Shown here piece after piece: positions 33,246-39,275 of a stretch of 39,275 nt of DNA; within the stretch, counting starts at the first letter, position 1; every line of letters starts with the position of its first letter. Both the position numbers and the translations under genes were made by a program. Location of the stretch: the IMG/VR virus record IMGVR_UViG_3300033144_002476, positions 1 to 39,275 of that record, one strand, 5' to 3'. The stretch comes from a virus. The notes under the pieces are model-generated. The model did not search any database. It saw only the letters and a list, made by a program, of their open reading frames with translations, and was not told the DNA's origin.

Positions 33246-33261
33246 ACTTTTAAAACCAACG
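33246..33261 (-). promoter_or_regulatory. conserved box CGTTGGTTTTAAAAGT
   Basis: Lies 3 nt after the stop of 33265..33711. The protease ATG follows 20 nt later with no SD. Confidence 0.6.
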
Positions 33262-33264
33262 AAA

Positions 33265-33711
33265 TTACTCGATGGCTTTTTTTAGGTCTGCTAGTTCTTT
33301 TTCTGCTGGTTTAACTCTTGTTTCTAGAAACTCTTTTTGACTTCTAAGGTTTTTTACCTTGTTTATTTTTTCTAGATGATTGTTAAGTACTAACATTTTT
33401 TGTTTGAATACCTTTGTTCCTTTGCCTATTTGTTTACTACAAGCTTCGACTATTTTATCGTCTAAGTCGATTGTGTCGCCTAATGTTTTCAATTGCTTGT
33501 CGATTTGTTCTAATTGACCTTTTCCTTGTTCTAGGTCGTTTTCTAAGAACTTTACTAAGACTGGAATCTTATCTGGATTAATTTTTTGAATCTGTGTTCC
33601 GTTAGCTGTTCCTACTAATTCAGATTTACCGTCTATTGGTAAATTTATTTCATCGCTATGCGTAACTGTGACTTCCAGATGATCTTTCATCATTCTAAAT
33701 CTTTTTTCCAT
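33265..33711 (-). CDS. coiled-coil protein (148 aa)
   Basis: ORF track. AAAGGAGGA SD. Heptad-like Leu/Lys/Glu pattern. Confidence 0.6.
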   Translation of the reverse strand: MEKRFRMMKDHLEVTVTHSDEINLPIDGKSELVGTANGTQIQKINPDKIPVLVKFLENDLEQGKGQLEQIDKQLKTLGDTIDLDDKIVEACSKQIGKGTKVFKQKMLVLNNHLEKINKVKNLRSQKEFLETRVKPAEKELADLKKAIE

Positions 33712-33988
33712 TTTTATCCTCCTTTGATTTATTTAGATTGCTATAACTTACCCATGCTTTTTTTTGAAATACTTTTTTTTCTGCTGGACTCATATCACTC
33801 CATCCAAGTATTGAACCTACTTTTTGAACTCTAAACACTCTACCACATTTTCTACATTCAAATAGTAAAACGTTATCGTATAATTCTTTTACTCTGTATA
33901 ATCCTACTGATTTGCTTACTTTTTTACTGTGTTCGCCTTCTTTGCCACAATAGACGCATCTTAAGTAATGAGTTTTATTGTTATCCAT
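33695..33988 (-). CDS. zinc-ribbon protein (97 aa; start moved to ATG 33988)
   Basis: CVYCG...CRKCG. ATG 33988 overlaps the end of the upstream gene by 8 nt. The track start is 34078. Confidence 0.5.
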   Translation of the reverse strand: MDNNKTHYLRCVYCGKEGEHSKKVSKSVGLYRVKELYDNVLLFECRKCGRVFRVQKVGSILGWSDMSPAEKKVFQKKAWVSYSNLNKSKEDKNGKKI

Positions 33989-34250
33989 ATGTACATCCTG
34001 GTGGAATCCAAAACTTACGTTTACCACTCTTTCCTTTAAATTGTTTGCATAATAATGGTTTCTTCTCGTGAATATCACACAAATTATCTTCAGTTAAGTG
34101 AGGGCATACCATTGGGACTATTATAGTGTTGTTTTCTATTTTACATCCGTGTGCTTTGTAATATTCTAATTGAATTCTTTGTTCTCTTAGGTTTGGTACT
34201 TCAAATACTAATTGACGACAGCATGCTCCGCACATTTTACAGTTACCCAT
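33981..34250 (-). CDS. YkgJ/UPF0153-like cysteine-cluster (putative Fe-S or Zn) protein
   Basis: CKMCGACC...CPHL....CDIHEKKPLLCKQF matches the CxxCxxCC ... C.I...RP..C pattern. Confidence 0.55.
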   Translation of the reverse strand: MGNCKMCGACCRQLVFEVPNLREQRIQLEYYKAHGCKIENNTIIVPMVCPHLTEDNLCDIHEKKPLLCKQFKGKSGKRKFWIPPGCTYG

Positions 34251-34482
34251 TTAATAACCTCTTGCTTAATTCATTCATTAATTTTAATTTCTTGTTCTCA
34301 TGTAAATTATTAAACTGATTATCTCTTACTATTTCAAGATTTGAACGATTTATTACTGGGAAATTATTTAATGATACTTTTGGTGTATATCTTGATTCTA
34401 TTGGGTTACGCTCTTTGGAACAAGTTACCCCGTACTTATCCCATAACTTTGCATTATGATTTACATTAATTATAGTTTTCAT
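34243..34482 (-). CDS. hypothetical protein (79 aa)
   Basis: ORF track. ATGA overlap with the terminase stop. Confidence 0.55.
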   Translation of the reverse strand: MKTIINVNHNAKLWDKYGVTCSKERNPIESRYTPKVSLNNFPVINRSNLEIVRDNQFNNLHENKKLKLMNELSKRLLNG

Positions 34483-36980
34483 CCGAAGTTCATTACCACC
34501 TTGTTGTTATTCATTAATTCGAGTGCATAACCCATAGCGATAGGAATATCTGGATGTATTCCGGCTTCTACTAATTTTCCATCACTTAAAGCAAATGAAG
34601 TACATTCAGCTAATATTCTGTCTGCTCGTAGTTTGTCTTGTTCGGTTTTATATGGAATAATAAACTGTTTGTTCTCAAAAGCTGTGCCTAGTCGCATTAT
34701 TAGATTAATTTTACCTACTGTGTGACGTTTATTAGTCCAATCGTAATCTGGTTTAAGTCTTGCTGCTGGATCACTTGCGCTTGTCCAAAAAAGTGTTATA
34801 GGTAAATTCCATTGATTTATGTCTTTTGAAATAGCTTTAATTGAGTTTTCTTCTAGTCCTATCAAATCATAAGTATTAAGTGGATGGAGTGTGTCACGGA
34901 TATACTTCATTTGTTCATCTACACTCCACCCCTTTTCTTTTTGGCTCCCTAGCATATAAAAAAAGTCATCTTTACTTCCTAATCCAAAGAAAGCTGATTC
35001 GTCTGCTGTTACTCTATCACTGAAAGCAAAGTCTACTCCTAAAGTTTTCATTTCAAATTGCATCTCCTTAATATCTTCCGCACTTAAATCTTCTCTAAAA
35101 CATTGAGTTACCCATTCTCGTTTTATCAGACTAGATGTATTATCAATTGGATTATTAAGATATTCCTGTTGAAATGCCACAGAGCCTATCTCCTTTTTGA
35201 TTTTAGTTAGAATATCTTTTGTAAATCTGTCTTTCCAGAGTATATTATTCATGTTTTCATCACAGGCTTGAAATATTTTACCTTTACATTGTTTTATTTT
35301 AACCGTTAAAAGTGAATTTGGATGAAGTATAGTTCCAATCATTTTATATCTACCTTTAATATCAAGGCTAGGAATAATTACTTTATTTAACTTGTTTGAA
35401 TCTTTTACACGTAAATCTGGGTTAAGTACTCTTTGATCGTCTTCTACGTCATCTGCCACGATAAGCGTTGGTCTCATATTATTATATTTGAATCCTCTTA
35501 GATTTTTCTCAAAACTTACTGCTTCTACTCTACATCCACCTACATCGAAACAATCTTCACGGTCTTTTCCGAATTCATCTCTACTCTTACTTGGTGTCAA
35601 ATCTCCATAAACGAATCTTAACATCTCATTGTTTTTAAACTCATTTCTAATTGGATCAATGAACTGTACTGTTTTACTATGATTCTGACTTACATAGACA
35701 ATATACTTTTCAAGGTTATTCACAATGCAAAAGATTAGATATATTATACCTGTTACTGAAGAATTATGTGTTACCATATAATCATTTGTTATGAATGTAC
35801 CATCTCCTTCAACAGAGATACATCTTCCTATTGCTTCTTTCTCAAATGTAATATCTGTAATTGAAGATTTTGTTTTAATACTTCCGCGCCATATACCCCT
35901 TTTTCTTTTTAGTCTAACAGGGATTATTTCACTTGGGACTCTGCATGTAAGTACATAAGAATGTTTATATTCAGAATCTTTATCAAATCTTGTTAGTCTT
36001 TCTCCTACTGTGACTGTTCCTCCAAGTGATCTAATAAGTGCCACATAATCATCCTTTAAATTTTTCTTAGATGTAGCCAATCCAAATCTTTTACCACCCT
36101 TTTGCACATACCCATCAGAATCAACTAACCCTTGAAGCATGGACTCTCTTTGTTCTATTGATGCCGTCATGTACTCTGTTGGAATATGTTTATTGCCAAT
36201 TAGGTAAGATTGTCTTAATTCTTTATGCAAACCAAGAACACCATAACCATACTCAGCTTTATGTTTCGTAATCTTATAATCAAAATATTCAAATATCTCG
36301 GGATCACCTGTTGTTATTTGCCCAGATGATGAAGTTCCATCAGCTATCCAACAACCCAAAACATAAGGGTCTATGGGTAAAACTTTCTCATTAAAATCTA
36401 TTGGTTTACATGACGGTAAGAAATAGCGATATTCCGTAAACTCTTTATTACTTCGTTTATCAATTCTTTTTGACTTATAATTTTTCATTATATCTTGAGT
36501 ATATTTTGTAACTAATTTGTCTCCCGTATTTGATGGGCATTGAACCTTCCATAAATGTCCATCATTACACAACACGCTACGACCATCTCTTGTTTTAAAC
36601 CTAAATAATGGGACTTTTTTTATTGGATGTAATTGTATAACTTTTTTCTTCTTTCCATTCATACCATACACATAATCTCCGACTTTGAGTTCACTTAACT
36701 TTATCCATCCAGAAGGAGTTAAAATGTCAGAATCAAGACTCAGAAGCTTGGCGTGACCCCTTGGTGCTGCTAGTGCTCCATTTCCTGTGGAGAATAAGAA
36801 TTCGTATATTTCATGGTGAAAATCTGGTATTTTGTTTGTTACTGTCTCAGGAAACATTACTTGACTGAATACTGTTATGTTTTCTTTGAAACTGAAGATA
36901 TATCTAAGTACTTGTTTAAGTTCTTCTTGATCCTTAGTTGTTTCTATAAGGTTAACTACCTCTTCTTTTGTGATTTGCAT
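34479..36980 (-). CDS. terL: terminase large subunit, interrupted by an intein
   Basis: Extein: APRGHAK|...|SSVTG (split Walker A), LIVADDVEDD (Walker B) and a C-terminal nuclease-like region (GVDFAFS...). 833 aa including a 328-aa insert. Confidence 0.9.
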   Translation of the reverse strand: MQITKEEVVNLIETTKDQEELKQVLRYIFSFKENITVFSQVMFPETVTNKIPDFHHEIYEFLFSTGNGALAAPRGHAKLLSLDSDILTPSGWIKLSELKVGDYVYGMNGKKKKVIQLHPIKKVPLFRFKTRDGRSVLCNDGHLWKVQCPSNTGDKLVTKYTQDIMKNYKSKRIDKRSNKEFTEYRYFLPSCKPIDFNEKVLPIDPYVLGCWIADGTSSSGQITTGDPEIFEYFDYKITKHKAEYGYGVLGLHKELRQSYLIGNKHIPTEYMTASIEQRESMLQGLVDSDGYVQKGGKRFGLATSKKNLKDDYVALIRSLGGTVTVGERLTRFDKDSEYKHSYVLTCRVPSEIIPVRLKRKRGIWRGSIKTKSSITDITFEKEAIGRCISVEGDGTFITNDYMVTHNSSVTGIIYLIFCIVNNLEKYIVYVSQNHSKTVQFIDPIRNEFKNNEMLRFVYGDLTPSKSRDEFGKDREDCFDVGGCRVEAVSFEKNLRGFKYNNMRPTLIVADDVEDDQRVLNPDLRVKDSNKLNKVIIPSLDIKGRYKMIGTILHPNSLLTVKIKQCKGKIFQACDENMNNILWKDRFTKDILTKIKKEIGSVAFQQEYLNNPIDNTSSLIKREWVTQCFREDLSAEDIKEMQFEMKTLGVDFAFSDRVTADESAFFGLGSKDDFFYMLGSQKEKGWSVDEQMKYIRDTLHPLNTYDLIGLEENSIKAISKDINQWNLPITLFWTSASDPAARLKPDYDWTNKRHTVGKINLIMRLGTAFENKQFIIPYKTEQDKLRADRILAECTSFALSDGKLVEAGIHPDIPIAMGYALELMNNNKVVMNFG
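35763..36746 (-). mobile_element. intein with double-motif LAGLIDADG homing endonuclease; class-3 hallmarks
   Basis: Residues 79-406. Block B NDGHLW, LAGLIDADG motifs LGCWIADGT and LQGLVDSDG, block F RCISVEGDGTFITN, block G MVTHN followed by Ser+1. No Cys/Ser/Thr at position 1. Confidence 0.75.
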
Positions 36981-36985
36981 TAATA

Positions 36986-37417
36986 TTATTTCTTAAGTCT
37001 ATTAATTATTTCGTTCATTTGTTCTTTTGTTAGGTTATTTGATGTTTCTATGCCTACTTCTTGTTTTTCAACCCAGCCTTGTTTTTTGCCTAATCTGCCT
37101 GTAATGTATTTAGCTGAATCTTGTCTTACTCTTGCGGCTGTTGTTGGGTCTTTATCATAATCATCAAACTTTAAGTTTTCAAATAATACATCTTCTGCTA
37201 GTGATACGTTGTCCATACGCTTACTAGCCAATAAAGCCTTTATTTCGTGGTGTTTATCTAAATATTGACACACAGCTCCAGTTGTTATGTTAAGTCTTAC
37301 TGACACGTCTGTAATCGTTCCTAGTGATGCTTCTATGGCTGACCTGTACATCTGTTCAGTTATTTTCTTAGTTTTCTTAGTTTTCTTAGTTTTAACTGCG
37401 GGACTATTCTTTTTCAT
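36986..37417 (-). CDS. terS: terminase small subunit (putative)
   Basis: Immediately upstream of terL. Basic N-terminus plus HTH-like ITDVSVRLNITTGAVCQYL. ATG 37417 follows GAGGAA; the track start is 37432. Confidence 0.55.
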   Translation of the reverse strand: MKKNSPAVKTKKTKKTKKITEQMYRSAIEASLGTITDVSVRLNITTGAVCQYLDKHHEIKALLASKRMDNVSLAEDVLFENLKFDDYDKDPTTAARVRQDSAKYITGRLGKKQGWVEKQEVGIETSNNLTKEQMNEIINRLKK

Positions 37418-37955
37418 TTTTGAATTCCTCATATTTTACATGTATTCGATTCTTTATTTTTTGCTTACTGGCGATTAGTATTTTAGAAAAGATATGGTTG
37501 TCTAGATAGTATTGGCATTTTTGTTTTTCTTCTGGTTTTAAATATCCATTAGACTTTGATTCTACGCCTATTACTTCATAAAGCATATTATTATTACTAT
37601 CTACTGATGTTGTTTTTTTGTGGCATTTAAAATCTGGAAATCCTGCACCCATCATCATTGGTCTGTTTGGTCCTGCCCATTTGTTTTTTGCTTTGACTAA
37701 TTTACCTATCTTCTTACCAGAAAACATATCAGTCGCAATTAGTTTTTGTCCTTCCTTATATCTTTCATTACCTAATTGAGGATTTTCTTCCATATCCTTT
37801 TTTGTAATTTGTAATGTTTCAAACTCAACATTATTCGTCCACTTGTCTACAATCCATCCCTTCTCTTCTAAATCTAATCTGACTCTCTTTTCAAATACTG
37901 CACCTGATTGTTTACTTTTCTTTCCTCTTTTTATTGCTTGTTCATGTGTTTCCAT
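37404..37955 (-). CDS. Holliday-junction-resolvase-like PD-(D/E)xK nuclease (Hjc/RecU-like)
   Basis: GAVFEKRVRLDLEEKGWIV...GFPDF...VIGVESKSNGYLKPEEK fits the Hjc-type G..fE...L...G / PD / ExK layout. ATG 37955 is preferred over TTG 37970. Confidence 0.5.
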   Translation of the reverse strand: METHEQAIKRGKKSKQSGAVFEKRVRLDLEEKGWIVDKWTNNVEFETLQITKKDMEENPQLGNERYKEGQKLIATDMFSGKKIGKLVKAKNKWAGPNRPMMMGAGFPDFKCHKKTTSVDSNNNMLYEVIGVESKSNGYLKPEEKQKCQYYLDNHIFSKILIASKQKIKNRIHVKYEEFKNEKE

Positions 37956-38146
37956 AGTAATTCCCAGCATTCGTTACAAAACCAACAATGAGCTTCTTCA
38001 AAGTAAACTCCTTGGTTGCTTGTTGTGCATTGCATTGAATGTCCTTTTTTTGATTTGTGTCCTAATATTTCTTTTATTGCATTAATTTCTTTATTGCATA
38101 TTTTACAATTTTTTTTATATTTATGTCCTTTAGATTTCATAGTCAC
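37931..38146 (-). CDS. zinc-finger protein (71 aa)
   Basis: CKICNKE...H...C...CWFCNEC. Confidence 0.55.
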   Translation of the reverse strand: MTMKSKGHKYKKNCKICNKEINAIKEILGHKSKKGHSMQCTTSNQGVYFEEAHCWFCNECWELLWKHMNKQ

Positions 38147-38176
38147 TCTTTTATGAGTTTCTATGATTACTTATCT

Positions 38177-38302
38177 TTATAAAGTTTTCTTATTTACGGC
38201 TTTGATTATCATGTAGATTACTGCTCCAGGCCAAAAAAAGATTGCCCAAAGAATTAGGGCTAACCAGCTGAACCATTTATCTTGTTTGTTTGTTTGTTTC
38301 AT
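38177..38302 (-). CDS. small membrane protein (41 aa, below track cutoff)
   Basis: Hand translation MKQTNKQDKWFSWLALILWAIFFWPGAVIYMIIKAVNKKTL. GGAGAA SD. Contains the (AAAC)4 repeat. Confidence 0.5.
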   Translation of the reverse strand: MKQTNKQDKWFSWLALILWAIFFWPGAVIYMIIKAVNKKTL

Positions 38303-38332
38303 AGTATTTTCTCCATTTAGTTATTTTCATTT

Positions 38333-38452
38333 TCATCTCATTATATCATAAACCGTCTCAGGATAGCCAAGTCCTAAAACTAATTTATTTATTCTTCTGT
38401 TAAATTCTTTTATCTTTTCTTCTATATATTCTTTATCTTTTTTCATTTTCAT
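38333..38452 (-). CDS. mini-protein (39 aa, below track cutoff)
   Basis: Hand translation MKMKKDKEYIEEKIKEFNRRINKLVLGLGYPETVYDIMR. ATGA overlap with the upstream stop. Confidence 0.4.
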   Translation of the reverse strand: MKMKKDKEYIEEKIKEFNRRINKLVLGLGYPETVYDIMR

Positions 38453-38853
38453 ACTACATAAACCTCAAGTACTTCTCTTAAAGAGTCGATTGGGTTTTCA
38501 TATTTATTTATTATTGACCGCCAGTTTACTAGGACTTCTTTTAGTGGTACGATTATTAAGTCTACGTCTTCGTATTTTTCTAATATTTGTTTTGTCCAAT
38601 TTTTTGTTATTTTGTGTTGGATTTCGTATACTATTATATCTTTTTTTACTCGCATCCAGATGTCCGGGTAATCTTCGTTTGGTCTTTCTGGATTGTGTTC
38701 TGTATAAATAGGTACTGCGTGATTATCTTTGTGTTTACGTCTTAGCATTCTTACTAACTGGGTCTTTACACAATCGTGTAGATCCGAGGCTTCTTTGAAG
38801 TTTCTAAGTCCTATTTTGTTATTTCGTTTATAGTCTGTTCTTCCTTTTATCAT
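38449..38853 (-). CDS. hypothetical protein (134 aa), weak nuclease-fold resemblance
   Basis: YPDIWMRVKKDIIVYEIQHK gives only a weak PD...E.. pattern. Confidence 0.5.
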   Translation of the reverse strand: MIKGRTDYKRNNKIGLRNFKEASDLHDCVKTQLVRMLRRKHKDNHAVPIYTEHNPERPNEDYPDIWMRVKKDIIVYEIQHKITKNWTKQILEKYEDVDLIIVPLKEVLVNWRSIINKYENPIDSLREVLEVYVV

Positions 38854-39014
38854 AAGTTCATTGGTACTTTATTTGTTTTAATTAAATTAAATGTATCATT
38901 TATTACTGATTTTAATTTTGCCAATTCGTTAATTATTTTACTATCTTTAAAGTCTCTTAGTCTTAAATCTATTATTTTATATCTTACTTCTTTTAAATCA
39001 CTTATTAATCCCAT
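38850..39014 (-). CDS. hypothetical protein (54 aa)
   Basis: ATG 39014 lies 6 nt after the GGAAACGGAGG of the conserved element. The track start is 39044. Confidence 0.55.
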   Translation of the reverse strand: MGLISDLKEVRYKIIDLRLRDFKDSKIINELAKLKSVINDTFNLIKTNKVPMNL

Positions 39015-39020
39015 TCTTTT

Positions 39021-39051
39021 CCTCCGTTTCCTTAATCCCAACATATAGGAA
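39021..39051 (-). promoter_or_regulatory. Conserved 31-nt upstream element, copy B (TTCCTATATGT-N9-GGAAACGGAGG)
   Basis: Same blocks and spacing as 121..151. Lies 6 nt before ATG 39014. Confidence 0.5.
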
Positions 39052-39059
39052 TAATTTAT

Positions 39060-39275
39060 TTAACATAATGATAACTCCGCAGTTCTTTCGTGCATTGGTT
39101 TAATTGTTAAGTGTGGTATTTCTATCGGATAATCAAATTCATCGAACTTATCTTGTCTTTTGAAATCTGCTAAAGTTTGTTCCAGTAAATCCTTAAACCA
39201 TCTTACAGCTTTTTTCCTATTATCGAAGATTCCACAGGGTTCTCCGTTTCTAACTGCTACCCATTTTTTACTCAT
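39060..39275 (-). CDS. hypothetical protein (71 aa)
   Basis: ORF track. Its ATG and first 38 codons are the terminal repeat. After circularisation it is preceded by element copy A and a GGAGG SD. Confidence 0.6.
   Translation of the reverse strand: MSKKWVAVRNGEPCGIFDNRKKAVRWFKDLLEQTLADFKRQDKFDEFDYPIEIPHLTIKPMHERTAELSLC
39162..39275. repeat. Terminal direct repeat copy 2, identical to 1..114
   Basis: Compared base by base with the first 114 nt. Confidence 0.95.

Noticed and set aside
37975-37990. Extra copy of the AAAACCAAC box (ttacaaaaccaacaatg)
   Set aside because: It lies inside the coding sequence of 37931..38146, lacks the CG and TTTTAAAAGT parts of the consensus, and does not follow a stop codon. 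It is probably coincidental.
1-39275. Alternative genetic code (TGA or TAG reassignment), prompted by the missing start codons and AT-rich DNA
   Set aside because: Long genes (1261, 833, 622 and 547 codons) are intact under the standard code. Trp is encoded by TGG throughout. TGA and TAA stops coincide precisely with the next gene's start in ATGA/TAATG overlaps.
1-39275. CRISPR arrays, tRNA genes, integrase/attP or a lysogeny module
   Set aside because: No regularly spaced direct repeats, no cloverleaf-compatible sequences with T-loops, and no tyrosine/serine recombinase or CI/Cro-like pair recognised. Lifestyle therefore cannot be called from this sequence.

Overview
The window is a complete, circularly closed genome of a tailed dsDNA virus (Caudoviricetes-like). 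Bases 1-114 are identical to 39162-39275, so the unique length is 39,161 bp. The DNA is AT-rich. Every gene I can support is on the minus strand, and genes are tightly packed with ATGA/TAATG start-stop overlaps. Gene order on the minus strand, from high to low coordinates: small early genes and nuclease-fold proteins; an Hjc-like resolvase; small terminase; large terminase interrupted in its P-loop by a LAGLIDADG intein with class-3 hallmarks; four small genes, one of them CxxCxxCC Fe-S/YkgJ-like; a prohead protease-scaffold fusion; an HK97-like major capsid protein; small decoration-like paralogues; connector and neck genes; a fibre-like gene; the tail tube; a G/GT-type chaperone pair with an A9 -1 slippery run; the tape measure; hub and baseplate genes; and a PLA2-like plus membrane protein pair. 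Portal and Mu-F-like head morphogenesis genes follow only here, unusually far from the terminase. Next come a 1261-aa fibre/adhesin and an accessory block holding a GIY-YIG nuclease, many zinc-ribbon proteins, wHTH and SWIM proteins, a C5-cytosine and an N6A/N4C DNA methyltransferase, and an HNH nuclease. I saw no integrase, DNA polymerase, primase, helicase, tRNA, CRISPR array or recognisable peptidoglycan hydrolase. The host cannot be assigned from sequence alone. Five things deserve a second look. (1) About 530 nt (7441-7973) are ORF-free, GC-elevated and helix-rich next to the GIY-YIG gene, a candidate large structured RNA. (2) A 436-codon ORF lies in the +1 frame inside the C5-methyltransferase gene, the only long same-strand embedded ORF in the genome. 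(3) Tail-module genes lack ATG/GTG/TTG starts and appear to start at SD-preceded ATT/ATC/ATA codons. (4) A conserved CGTTGGTTTTAAAAGT box sits after stop codons in the structural module, and SD-less genes lie 20-22 nt downstream of TATA-like octamers. (5) The intein has the class-3 W-C-T triad. Functional calls rest on motifs I recognise by eye, and no database search was possible.
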